The notes under the pieces: generated by a model
Told to the model about the DNA's origin: nothing
Seen by the model: the letters and a program-made list of their open reading frames with translations, nothing else
Databases searched by the model: none
Source: the human T2T-CHM13v2.0 reference genome, Homo sapiens
DNA length: 64,000 nt
Assembly (NCBI RefSeq): GCF_009914755.1
Contig: NC_060929.1
Reading direction: 5' to 3' (one strand)
Shown here: positions 40,579 through 54,400 of the stretch, piece after piece
How the letters are laid out: every line of letters begins with the position of its first letter
Numbering within the stretch: the stretch's first letter is position 1
Position numbers and translations under genes: made by a program

Positions 40579-41113
40579 TATAAATTAATCCTCATTACAA
40601 ATTGAAAAATAATTTCATGTATTTTGTATAGTAGATGTTGCATCTGGGATTAATGAGTTGAACCAACCATTGTTAACAGGACTAACTGGTAAGAGCTGCC
40701 CTGGAATTGGAATGAAAGATCAACCTCAAGCCTATATGACTATCTAAGTTCATTTTCTTTTCACCACAATGCATTACCTTTAAGATTACAAATTTCACAT
40801 AACTTAGATTTAACACAGAAGAGTATCAGTAAGAAAGAAAATTCCAAGAAATGTAAGTAAGTTTGAATTCAGATTTTACCATTTTCAAGGTTTTGTTTCA
40901 GAAATAGTTCTTTCTGCAGCAGATGTTACCTGTATTGCTCTCCTAAGAAACAGTTGACAAATATCTACATATATTGTGCATAAAATTTCTAGAAATGTAT
41001 ATCTTTGAATTTTTTATTAGTGTACATCATGTTTTTTGCAAATATAGAAATATTCTCATACTCTTTAAATCTATATAGAGATTGACAAAGAGAGATTATG
41101 TATATACACACAC

Positions 41114-41480
41114 TGATATGGTGGTTTGGCTGTGTCCCTACCCAAATCTCATCTTGAAGTGTAATTCTCATAATCCCTATGTGTTGTGGGAGGGACCCAG
41201 TGAGAGGTAGTTAAATCATGAGGGTGGTTTCCCCCATGATGTTATTGGGATAGTGCGTGAGTTCTCACAAGATCTCATGTTTTTATAAGCATCTGGCATT
41301 TCCCCTGCTGGCACTCATTCTCTCTCCTGCCGCCCTGTGAAGAGGTGCCTTCCACCATGATTGTAAGTTTCCTGAGGCCTCCCCAGCCATGTGGAACTGT
41401 GAGTCAAGTAAACCTCTTTTCTCCATACATTACCCAGTCTTGGGTAATTCCTTATAGCAATGCAAGAAGGGACTAATACA
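41114..41480 (+). mobile_element. THE1D-like solo LTR followed by (CA)n
   Basis: TGATATGG...GACTAATACA; CACAC TSD extended into a (CA)n microsatellite to ~41520. Confidence 0.9.
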
Positions 41481-41487
41481 CACACAG

Positions 41488-41522
<35 letters not shown>

Positions 41523-43601
41523 CACTGATTCAGAAACCCAGATATGAAGATAGGACCACCAAAATTCACTGTGGAGTATTCAACAATCATTTATATCACA
41601 TAATGAAGTAATATAGCCTTTACATTTGAAGTAGAAAAATTGAAAAAAATTATATCCTAATAAATATTTACAGATATTTTATTTAAGTAATATACATCTG
41701 CTTGTGGTGTAATTGCTAGCCCAGAATTCTCTGCAGAATTTAGGTCTCAGTAGTAAAATATAAAGCTAATACATTTATAGGTAAATTTGTTTTTAATGTT
41801 TATTTTTTAATATGTAGTCTCAATGTATTTTATATTTATAAAGCATTTCATAGGGACAAAAATAACTTATGAGCAAATAAACTTCTATATGAACTGGTTG
41901 ACTTTACCAAAAAAAGTCAGACAAATAGGAAATTTTGGAAATAAAAGTCACCTATTTCTCCTAAGCAATATTTAACATATAACTTCTGATTGCAATGACA
42001 ATTAGCATAGTATGTGGTAACAGTTGTAAAAATTAAATTAACTGTAATGAACTCATGAATATATGCCATGCAAGTGTGTTTTATTTGCCAGTTTTTTTTT
42101 TGTTTGTTTTGGGTTCTGCAACTTGCTGTGCTTGTCTATTTATTTCTAGTTATATGATTAAAACTTCCCCTTAAAGACTCATGTCCTTGTCATTCTTCTC
42201 TTGCAAACAATTAATCAACAATATTAATCAAGATTTCATATACTAAACAACTCTAGTTGCTTATCCAGCCATCACAGAACCAGTATGCAGCAAGATGGTT
42301 CTGATTTTATGGTGTGGATCAAGACAGGTTATGGAATTTATTTCCCTTTAACTATCATGAAAATTAAATTTCCTAATGTCATTTTGAAGCCAAGACATTC
42401 ACAGAATCCTGTGTTATAAGTCTTGGTTTTGAAGGTATTAAAAATGTTCCTATGTCTCTTTTTATGCTTTCGTTAGTTTGTTATAGTGTTGAACTTATTA
42501 GTATTATTCCCAAGACCAAAACCGCATATAAATGATGCATCTATAAGGTTTATTATGATTCATAACTATCACTATTATGATTTTTTTCTGACAAAAATTT
42601 TAATTGTCTCTAGATAAACATCCCAATTGCTGAATTTCTTCAGGCTAGGTAATACGAAAAAGCTGAAATACTTCTCAAATTCTGGTTTTATTTCAATATG
42701 TAGATTAAAACCTAGGCTTTGGAATTTATATTGTATATATTACATATGTAATTTTAAAGTATTAGTGTGTGTACACATATATATACACACACATGTTGGT
42801 ATGTATAGATTACATTCGTGTATATATATATAAAATAAACATACACATATAATTTATATATCTACCTGCATATTTATGTTGATTGGTAAAGAAATCTGAG
42901 GTGATTGAATATTAGATTTAATTTAATATGTATTTACTGACATAGAAACATTTATGTTTATTAGGAAAAGAAACACTGTTTGATTATATAATCCTTATAT
43001 ATTGTGTTCTCTCATATTGTAGTATATATTTCTCTAAGATTCTCTTGTTGGTAATGCTGACACATTGTCTACCAAGAGGTTTGGTAATTGGAAGAGCATT
43101 TGTTGCAGAATTCTTACATTAAATTAAGAAACTATAATAAAATTGTAAAGAAACTATAATAAAATTCTAATAAGTTCTCTTTCACTACTTAACTACATTG
43201 AAAGCAATAGCATCTGAATAAAAAGGATTCATCTTAATCTACATTTAAAATGAGAGTCAAAATTAAGATCAAATCAGTGATTAGGATACTAAATATTGTA
43301 TGTCATGGTGTATCATATAAATAAGCATTTATTAAATGCCTATTATATGGACTACGGCAAGTTAGAATAAATGGCCACTGCCTTCAAAGAGTTAAACATG
43401 TATTTGAGGAAAACAACATTATAAGTTAAATAACATTTTCCAACTATAATAAAAGTGATGTCACAAAGAAGTTCAGGAGTAACTGCCAAGTAAATTGTTC
43501 AACAATATTACATCTAGAGTATTAAGGAAAACGAGTCCATGTTGATGGGAGTGGTCTGGGACTGCTTTATGCACAGGGAAAGGACATAGAGGAAAGAATA
43601 G

Positions 43602-44040
<439 letters not shown>

Positions 44041-45315
44041 AATTTAAGAAACATTTAAAGCAGATAGATAAACACTGGGTTCCATCTCATCCAAAGGAAG
44101 AGTAGTGATAAAGTGAAAAAGTTGCAATTAGCATTACAAGATATTGCAAAGTTTCCCAGTTCTCCTTCGAAGGTAACAAATAAAATAAAAACAACCTATA
44201 TTTAAAATTTCTAATGAACAGTTCAAATGTTGTTTTACTATTTATTCACTCAATGAATAATAAAACACATTAATTGAGTGAATAGACAAGATTCATTAAT
44301 GGAATAAACAAAATAAGACAAAAGTCTTCCATTGTTGGATTTACCTTCTAGTGAGAGAGGAAAGCATTGGGAAAGACAAGTGTATAAAATCTTACATATA
44401 TATATATACACACACACACTATATATATATACACACACACACATACATTATATATAAAAAACACACACATACACATACATATATATGAAACACCTCTCAG
44501 TGATAAGAAAATAAGGCAGAGTAAGAGAAATGAAGAGGAGGGAGGCTACTTCAGATGTAGTAGACAGGTTGGACACTGTAAGTACACGGTATTTTAGCAA
44601 CACACGTATCAGCTCTCAGTAAGTTTAGAAAATAAAATCCTTGTTTAAAGTTCCCTCTAGACCATATAATTTGTACAAGGGAGATACTAATTTAACTTCT
44701 AATAATTTGGCTGGTGGGTACATGCGAACATACTTCAGCAGAGCCCTTTTCTAGCATGTTTAAATGTTACAGAGATTTATGTCCTCAACATAGCTATATA
44801 GAGTAAATATGTCATCACATTATGTCACATTCCTTTACGCAAGTGTTAAAAGGACATTCCTTGAATTAATATGACCAAAAAGATAAAGGTGAAGTAAAAA
44901 TCAGGGGGAAATGGATAAGAGAGAAGAACAAGACTCCAAGAAAAGTAACCTCAAAGTAGACTCTATTACAAATCTGCAGTTGAAGATCATCTGCTAGCTA
45001 GGCTTTCCCATCCTCTTTCCTTAACCTGACCTCCTGAGAGCAAAAGGTAGATTGAGCAAGTATCCATCTGTTGTAAAACTATGGCATCTTCAAGAGAATG
45101 TAGAAAAATAAAAGTCTTTCCTGATAAATATGGTATTATATTTTGATTCTGGCAGCTGTCCAGGACTGTGTATAAATCATTTTTTTCATAGAACATAAAA
45201 GCACAGTATAAAAAGAAAATTCCACTCTACAACCAACTATAGATTATTCATTGTGCCATTTTTGTCAATGAGCGTAATCCAGAGACTCAGGTTACATATC
45301 CAAGTTCACACACAG

Positions 45316-45532
45316 CCTCTCCTTCTGTTTTTTGTTTCTTTCTCCCTTTGATGCTTTTTTCTCTCTTCCTCTCTCCATTTGTCCCTCCATTTCTTCCTCC
45401 CTTACACCTTTTCTCCCTTCTATCCTTCCCTCCCTCTTACCTCTTGCTCTCTTTCTTTCCTTTCTTTATTCTCTTTTCCTTCCTTCCTATTTTTTCTTTT
45501 CCTTCCTTTCTTCTTTTGTTTTTTTTCTCTTA
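45316..45532. repeat. Polypyrimidine (CT-rich) low-complexity tract
   Basis: About 215 bp of almost only C/T. Confidence 0.85.
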
Positions 45533-45659
45533 TTAATAATGGAAGAATATAATTTTCCTGATTTCCAGATTCAATGTTTTTCCATGTTGCCTCTTAACAG
45601 TACAGTACAGTACAGTACCATCCATCACATAAATCCTAAGCAAATACACTTCTCCATTT

Positions 45660-46400
45660 TCTCATTTAATTTAACCAATACATATTAAGTACGTGCTAGG
45701 CACTTTTTAGGTACTAGAAATACAGAGATTTCAAAATATTTTATACTCTCAGGAAAATCACAGTGTAGGAATACAGATGGGCAGTGACCAATATTTGCAA
45801 ATTGCATTTTGGAAGCACTGGGGTAAAATGTGTAAAACAAGCCACATTTTAGGAAACAGTGGCTGGAGAAACTAATGCCTGAGATAAAACTTCAAGTATG
45901 AGGAAGGGAGAAAGTGTAACTTCAGATGAAGCATTAAGTGGAGAGACAGTATCTTAGGTGGAGAAATATGCACAATATCTGAAGCAAAGAGTGGTGAGAA
46001 GTGAAGTTGAAAATCAGTAAAATGTTTGTTTTAAGAAAATATTCGAGTCGTATAGGATTGTAGACAGATTTGGGAAGTATGTTAGATATAATATAATCAG
46101 GGTTTGATGTCTGCATGACTGAAGATGGGGACTGGATAGAATAGTAAGGGTGACTATCAAATGTTTAAATTTGGTTTTTGGAAATCAAAAATTCAAACCA
46201 GGATAGAGATATGTTTGATTTTAAATATGTTAAGGTAAGAGCCTCAAATTCACAGAAGAAATCTGGCCTGAATCTAGTGACCTCAATAGTTATTAGCATA
46301 TAAAGGGTACCAAAACCTTGAAGCTAGATAAGATCAACCAGATAGGATGTCGACTCTCTCTAGAGTATAGAAGCCTGTGGAGCATTCACACATAAACTGC
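45660..46400 (-). mobile_element. L2 fragments (continuing at ~46720-46880 and ~49540-49700)
   Basis: CATTTAATTTAACCAATACATATTAAGTAC...GTGCTAGGCAC L2 3' end; purine-rich L2 body. Confidence 0.6.
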
Positions 46401-46429
46401 TAGATGCTAGGAATATATTACAGATGTAA

Positions 46430-46700
46430 TTTTTTTTTTATTTTTTGAATTTAATTTTTAAATTGTTAAATTTTAATTTTTAAATTTTAAATACATTTTA
46501 AAATTTTACTCATTAAATATATATAATTTTTCTCATTTATATGTAAATATATGATTTTACTCATTAAAAATATATAAGCATATTTAATGAGTAGACATAT
46601 TTAATGAGTAAAATACATATATAGTACATACATATATTTATACATATGTAATACATATATATTTAATGAGTAAAAATTTATTTAAAAATTTATTTTAAAA
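46430..46700. repeat. AT-rich quasi-palindrome
   Basis: Perfect 21-bp inverted repeat 46504-46524/46655-46675 with nested TTTTACTCATTAAA / TTTAATGAGTA copies. Confidence 0.85.
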
Positions 46701-46899
46701 ACAGGTGAACACTACAGAAGTTAGAAGATAAGTGATATTTTGGAGATGATAATATTTAAGAGGTAGATAGAGGAAAAAGGGCTCATGAAAAAATGCTGGA
46801 GAGAAAGGTCAGAGAAACTGAATAAAAGGCAAGTTTGAAGAAGCAGGTTAGCAGAACAACAAATTGCAGCCAAAAGTTTCAATAAGATATGACTGACAA

Positions 46900-48581
46900 A
46901 ATAAGCAAAATCAGAAATAACAAAGGTAACATTGCAACCTGTCCCACAGAAATACAAAAGATCCTCAGAAATTATTATGAAAAACTTTATCTACTCAAAC
47001 TAGAAAATCTACAGGAAATACATAAATTCTGGGAAACACACCTACGATTGAATCAGAAAGAATTTGAAACCCCGAACAGACCAATATTGAGTTCTAAAAT
47101 TGAATTAGTAATTAAAAAAAACTTACGGTGAAAGAAAAGCCTCCAACCAGATAGATTCACAGCCAAATTCTACCAGATGTACAAAGAACTAGTACCAATT
47201 TTGCTGAAACTATTCCAAAAAATTGAGGAGGAGGGATTCCTCTCAAATTCATTATAGGAAGCCAGCATCACCCTGACACCTAGAACTGCCAAAGACACAC
47301 ACACAAAGAAAAAAAAAAACAGCCCAATATCAGTGATGAGCATAGATGCAAAAATCCTCAGCAAAATACTAGCAAACCCAAACCAGCCACATATCAAAAA
47401 TGTAATTCACCATGATCAAGTAGGTTTTATTTCTGGGATGCAAGGTTGGTTCAGTATGTGCAAATCAATAAATGTGATACATCATATCAACGTAATGAAG
47501 GACAAAAACCATATGATCATCTTAATAGACATGGAAAAAACTTTTGATGAAATACAACACCCTATTATAATTTTTTAAAAACCCTCAAGAAACTAGGCAT
47601 TGAAGGAACATACCTCAAAATAATAAGAGTCATCTATGACAAACCCACAGCAAATATCATATTGAATGGGCAAAAATGGAAGCATTCCCCTTGAGAACTG
47701 GAACAACACAAGGGTGTCCACTCACACCCCACCCCCCATTCTATCTCTCTGCAGGTAATATGCATATCTAGACAACCCTAAAGACTCCTCCAAAAGGCTC
47801 CTGGAACTGATAAACAACTTCAGTACAGTTTCAGCACATAAAATCAATGTACAAAAACCAGAAGCATTTCTATACACCAATAAAATTCAAGCTGAGAGCC
47901 AAATCAAGAACACAATTCTATTTATCATTGCCACAAAAAAATTATATTTATGAATACATCTAACCAAAAGGTGAAAGATCTCTGCAAGGAGATCTACAAA
48001 ACACTGCTAAAAGAAATCATAGATGGTCCAAGTAAATGAAAAAATATTTTATGTTCATATAGTGGAAGAATCAACATCATTAAAATGGTCATACTGCCCA
48101 AGCAATCTACAAATTCAACACTATTTTTATCAAATTACCAGCATTTTTCACAGAATTAGAAAAAAAACTATTGTAAAATTCATATGGAACCAGAAAAAGA
48201 GCCTGAATAGGCAAAGCAATCCTAAGCAAAACGAACAAAGCCAGAGGCATCACACTACCTGACTTTATACTATAAAGCCACAGTAACCAAAACAGCCTGG
48301 TACTGGTACAAAACAGACACATAGACCAATGGAACAGAATAGAGAACCCAGAAACAAAACACCACACCTATAGCCATCTGACCTTTGATGAAGTCAATAA
48401 AAATAAACAATGGGGAAAGAACTCTCTATTCAATAAGTGGTGCTGGGCATGGTGGTGCACACCTGTAATACAAGGTACTCAGAAGTCAGGAGAATTGCTT
48501 GAACCCAGGAGGCCAAGGTTGCAGAGAGCCAAAATAGCACTACTGCACTGTGGCCTGGGTGACAGAGCAAGACTCCATCTC

Positions 48582-48612
<31 letters not shown>

Positions 48613-49520
48613 AGCAAAAGACCTGAACAGTCACTTCTCAAAAGAAAACATACAAGTGGCCAAGAAACATATAAAAAATACTCCATATCACTAATCATTG
48701 GATAAGTGCAAATCAAAACTACAAGGAGATATCATCTCATACCAGGCAGAATGGATACTATTAAAAAGTCAAAAAACAACAGATGCAGGCAAGACTGCAG
48801 AGAAAGGGGAACATTTATATACCGTTGTTGGAAATGTAAATTAGTTCAACCAGTGTGGAAAGCAGTTTGAAAATTTTAAAGAACTTAAAACTACCATTCT
48901 ACCCAGCAATCACATCACTGGGTATATATTTAAAACAAATATATATACCCAGCGAAAATATAAAATAAATCATTCTGCCAAAAAGACACATACACTGATA
49001 TGTTCACTATTCACAATAGCAAAGACATAGAATCATCCTAGGTGCCCACCAATGACGGATTGGCTAAAGAAAATGTGGTACATATATTGTATGGAATACT
49101 ACACAGCCATAAAAAAGAACAAAATCATGTTATTCACAGTAACATTGATGCAGCTGGAGGCCATTGCACTAAGTGAATTAACACAGGGACAGACAATCAA
49201 ATACTGCATATTCTCACTTATAAGTGAGAACTATACATTGAGTACACATGGACATTAAGATGGGAACAGCAGATACTGGGGACTACTGGAGAGGGGAGGG
49301 AGGGAGAAGGTAAGGGTTGAAAAACTAACTATTGGGTGCTATGCTCAGCACCTGGGATCAGTACTGAGCACAGTCATACCCCAAACCTCAGCATCACACA
49401 ATATACCCATGTAACAAACCTACACAGTTTGTTACATGGTATATGGGGTATATAGGGGGTAAACTACCCCCAAATCTATAATAAAAGTTGAAATTATAAA
49501 CTGTATAAAAGAACTTAAAA
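46900..49520 (+). mobile_element. 5'-truncated L1PB-like element (ORF2 RT region to polyA) inserted in L2
   Basis: [12 protein letters not shown]...[16 protein letters not shown] peptide; TSD AAGATAT(G/T)ACTGACAA at ~46884-46899 and ~49522-49537. Confidence 0.94.
48442..48610 (+). mobile_element. Alu right monomer (AluS-like) with long A tail inside L1
   Basis: GCTGGGCATGGTGGTGCACACCTGTAAT...GACTCCATCTC(A)n; no TSD. Confidence 0.9.
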
Positions 49521-52500
49521 AAAGATATTACTGACAACATAGCATTGTCAGTCAAATGCTGGGAGCAGGGCCAGTTAATTTAAGAATGAAAGTGAGGTCA
49601 AAAGAAATGACAGTGCATGCACACTAGAACTTTAATAAGATGAGATGTGTGGGATCAAGGAATGAATGTGTGTTTGTTTTAGATGAAAGAAAATTTTTAT
49701 AATTACTGGAGGACAATGAATCTTCCAACTTACTTCCATTCTGATTGTATAAACTAAATGGCTAGTTTAAGAATAACAATCTCTGTTTGCAAATAACTTA
49801 TATTCAGAGATAGATAAATAAATATACCTGTGCAGATAAATCAATATTCTCTATTTAGTAATTTTTAAGTTAAAATATTTCCATGTGTAGTTATTTTATT
49901 GATTAGTAGGTAATTATTGAGTAGTTAGTATTTGATATACTAACTCTAAGACAGTATACTATGTGCTGAGAAATAAAGATATTCAGTCCATATTTTGTAT
50001 TTTCAAAGGACTGTCAATTTAGCTTGCATTTTTTACAAAGATTTATTTCATTAATTCATGGGGAAACTACATTATTAGAAAAATAATATATATATATATA
50101 CATGTATATCTTAGTGATTGAATTTAAATGTGCCACTAGTAGCAGAAGCAAAACATTAATTAATCATTTCTGAACTATTATTCTATAATTATGCTTAAAC
50201 TTTAACAAAAGATTTTCCTAAACTCTTGCAGTATTTTAATAGCTGTGACAATAAAACTTTAGCTATATGTATGCTGGGGCCAAAATAATATTATGTCAAG
50301 TTATGATATTTTAAAATTACTGGGAGGGTCTAACTATGAAGAAAAAAAATCACCTTTACTACTTCTAACTACAAAAATAAACCCTCAAAATAATTAGTAA
50401 TTAATGAGTTTCTAAAACTGTACTTAGAAAATGACCCTTGATTCAAAACAGTGCCATGCCTATAGCAAGAACATAATAAAATCTGAATGAATATAGATAT
50501 TAATATATATTTCCTAATATGATATGTTATAAAGGATTAATCTTAATGTTTCAGAGTACCTTGATAAACAGGGCATAAACTTGAGATTACTTTTAATGCT
50601 TCTGTTAGTTATGGCTGCAAAAACTTTGTTTACCTACCTGCATTTAAATGACGTTGTATACCTCTACTAGAAATCTCATATCTCCACAACCTCTTCTTTC
50701 ACCCAGTCTCTAAAGAGGTATGTCCCAAGGTCTTTAGTCTTTTCCTCTTTTCACATACCATTTCCCATATATAGACCATTTTGACACAAACTGTCCATGC
50801 TATAGGCATTTTGATATCCAGAGCAAGGAAGTCAAAATTAAACATTTTTGTTCATAAGGTTGGAGACTGAGAAACGCAACAGTTTAAATTTTACTTCTTG
50901 ATACTTAAAAGAAAACTACAGACTTTTACCTTTTTTTCAACATCAATTAGCATTAAGGAAACAATATTAAGGCCAGGAATAGGCATTTTTTCCTTTTCCC
51001 TTTTCTCCATATTTTTTAGTGACCAACACTAACTACCCCATCTCCCATGAACTGACGAATGGCTTCAAGTCACTTTCCTCTTTCCTTAGGGTAGGGACAG
51101 CTGACTGCCAAATGGTTCTCCATAAGACTATTTTTTTATTAGGGTCATGTGCTATTAATTCTTTTGATAGTGCTTTCTGCTCTCTTATTAGAGCATACAG
51201 GGAAGTGCTTCTTGGGAAGTATTAGGCCAAAGTCATGAGAGTGAAAGCCAGGTTTGTACAACTTATTTCTTCTACTTACTTTCAACACTTTTTGACACTT
51301 TTTCTTCTATTTTCTGACACATAAAGTTCTATTCAAACTAGTTTCTGAACAATGTCTTAGCATGTCCTCTATGCCTTTTCCCCTTTTCTCCAATTTTTAT
51401 GTGTCAAAATTCTGTTTATTCATAGAGAGTAATTTATGTTTCATTTTCTCTATTAGATGAGGCAAATTCTTCTGGCATAATGAAATAGTAAACTGTCCTT
51501 CCTTTTAACCCCATTGCATTTTTATTTCTTCTAGTACCTAATATAATTCACTGTTTTATTTTCCAATTACTCCCTTTAGTAGGGATTTTGTCCAAAGAGG
51601 CCTATACACAGTCAACAGTCATTGTTAAATATTTCATTGATGTAGGACATAAACATAAGCATCATTTAATCTTTAAAGATAAACTAATAAATATTTAAAG
51701 TATCTCCTGATTGTTTTATTTCAATTTTAATTCAATGTTTTATCTAGCTTATTATAAGAACATTTCCCATCGGAAAACATATCTTCTTAAAATTTATTTC
51801 AATTCAGTTTTCCATCTAGTTTATTATGGGAACATGTTCCCATCAGAAGACATCTCTTTTTTTTTTTAAATAGGAACATATAAATTTAGATCCTCCCTGG
51901 AAGACCATTAAGTACAGAAATAATAAGATGCTAAGTATAATTACTTTATTAAGCATCTTAATGTATCTGCGTGAAGACTATGTATTTGAAACTCACAAGC
52001 GGATCCCTTAACATGCCAATCATGTTTATGAATTCACGTCATTCACTGACCATTGTTAAATTGAGCTTGTGCTCTCTTATTAAAATATCCATATTTAAAG
52101 TATAAATCAGTGTTCAATATGTTGCTCAAGCAAAGGCATTCCATAACATGATGCAAAGTTCATTGTGCAACTTTCCAGAGCACAAAAAGATTGAAGAAGT
52201 ATTAACGAAAGATCAATTCAGAGTTCATCTGTGAAATGGAACACACAAAAATGTCATCTCCATGAAAACAAAATGAATTTTAAGAAGCATAAGACATCAT
52301 TTACTTTTATTAATAGCTAAAATAAATTAAAATTCTATTTATTGTACATATTTTTAAGGATAGCAGATGAAAAGAACAAAGAAAGTATGAAGGATAAGGG
52401 GAATTTATTTACATTAGGACAAGCACCTACACCTTTACTTTTTGGCATGTCAACTTTCTCATATAAAGAGAGTTAGAATTTCTAGAAATGGACTATTAAA

Positions 52501-52899
52501 TGAGTTTATAACCAGGTTCATATCCTTAGAAATAGTTCCAAGCTATGTCCACACAACAAAATTATAGCCACTTCCTGGTAAATTTCAAAATCACTAAGGT
52601 GATGTTTATTAAACTAAAAACTCTACCTGGGTAAACACAAGGGAAAGTTTATTAGATAAGTTGATGTATGAAATAACCAGTTTCTACATGTACACTCAAG
52701 TCTATAAAAATCTTTATTCCAAGACAAGGCAAATAATGTGGTTTCCTTAATAGTACTGTCGTTTCTGATTCAATACATAAATCTACTGTAGCCAAGAAAA
52801 AGGTAAGAAACAGGAGGAAGGCATCTCTGCTTTCAGAGCTTTAACTTAAGCCTTTTGGGAAACCAGCATTCTCTAGCATCTTTTTAGAGCGTTGGGGCA

Positions 52900-54400
52900 G
52901 AGAAAATAGGAAGGTCAACAGGATGATGAATACTGACATCTCGCTTAGGGTCTGCCCACCGATTAAAGGAACAAAGGTACACGTTTTTGTTGACACTTCT
53001 GCAGTGACTCTTCTTTTGTCATAGGAGTCATCGGCGCCAGGACAACTGTCAACACCGCTGCACTTGAGAAAGTTGAGCTTGTACTGGGAACAGCTTAAAG
53101 AAGCCCACACAGCACAACAGCCTTTGTTGTTTAATTCATGAATCTGAACACACAAAAGCTCACAGGATCACACACACTGTCTCAATTTTCACGCTACCGT
53201 CTATAGTCTCTCATTTCATTTATTGCTTAACTTTTTGTCATATCTTAAATTACCCCATGAGTTGCATTCCCCTCTGTCCCTCTGTTCTTGCTATTTATTT
53301 TGTCTTAAGATCAGGAGCAGACTTGAGCACATCATCCACCTCTTTCTGATGGAGCGCATATTGGGTGCCTGGGAACGTCCTGTAAGCACCAACTTCAGCA
53401 CCTTCTCTTGACAGAAAAGTTCTGTTCAAGGAAGATAGAGCGAAGGGGAGAAGTCAGTAAAACGCGTGAATTGCGTGGAGCAGGCACTCCCAGAACAAGT
53501 TTGGAGGATCCGTGATGGCTGAGCTCTTCCGAGTCCCTGGAGATGTCCCTCCCTCGCGATTGGTGCCTGCCCTGCCCCTGCCAGGGTCACTCTGCGCCAC
53601 CTCCCTGGGGCTCAGGTTTCTTTTTAGAGGACCCCCCTTGTGCACTGGAGATGACAACGGCCTCTGCAGTTGGGCTCAGGGATGTCACTGGTCCTTCCCC
53701 CTTCCTCACAGAGAAATGAGGGAAGAAACAAAACAAAACAAAACAAAAACAGCCACTCGCTGGACTGAAAGGGTGGAGGCTGCGGACGTATCCTGTTGCA
53801 GGCGCTGCCTACCCAGTGCTGGGAGAAAAAGAAACAGTCGCAGACACGCACACTCACACTCGCAGGCACCTGGGGCTCCAAGAGAGAGTTAAATCTCCTT
53901 CGTGGAGTACCAAAGCCTCAGTCCATGGTGTCAGCCCTGAGACTGTCTGCATTCGCATGGAGTGGGCACCTCCGCTGGGGACAGATTACAGACGCGTCCG
54001 GCCCAAGGAATGCTTTGGAGAGCTGGGAGTGGGGCTGCAAGAAGGGTACTGTCTTCCAAGTGTCTTGGCTCAGCACACACGCTCACACGCACTCTCATGC
54101 CTCTGAGGTGGAGTGAAACAGGGCAGGGAGGGGTAAGGAAGAGGACGTTTATTGTTCCGTGCACAGCTCAATCTGGAAAGTACAAATACACACGTGAACC
54201 TGTTAGCCGTTCGCCCACTCAGCATGGGTTGTGGACGACAACCCTAGCTCATGATGGTTCCGGAAACAAGTGTTGACAGAAGTGCCATTAGGAACTTTGT
54301 ATCTATATCATTCTTTCCTGGCCTTCGTGAATTCTCCTCCTGGGGAAGTGAAGGAAACTGTTCTCACGCAAGTTTCCCGGAGGAGAAACAATTATGAATA
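52900..54400. promoter_or_regulatory. CpG-enriched unique sequence; candidate promoter/enhancer
   Basis: GC and CpG content far above the flanks (roughly 35 CpGs counted by eye in 53440-54390); no recognisable TE; E-box CACGTG 54191, TTCCGGAA 54258, GATTGG ~53558. Confidence 0.55.

Noticed and set aside
45332-45688. Hydrophobic membrane-protein-like ORF (also 3801-4142)
   Set aside because: Artefact of polypyrimidine tracts encoding F/L/S/P
52841-53155. 104-aa minus-strand ORF
   Set aside because: Non-ATG start and no recognisable family; cannot be supported as a CDS
53915-53935. Canonical REST/RE1 site (CAGTCCATGGTGTCAG)
   Set aside because: Lacks the required GTGCTGA half; too degenerate to call
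53454-54276. Cluster of overlapping 67-126 aa ORFs on both strands
   Set aside because: Expected from high GC; no recognisable domain, one runs through an (AAAAC)n repeat, and no frame dominates
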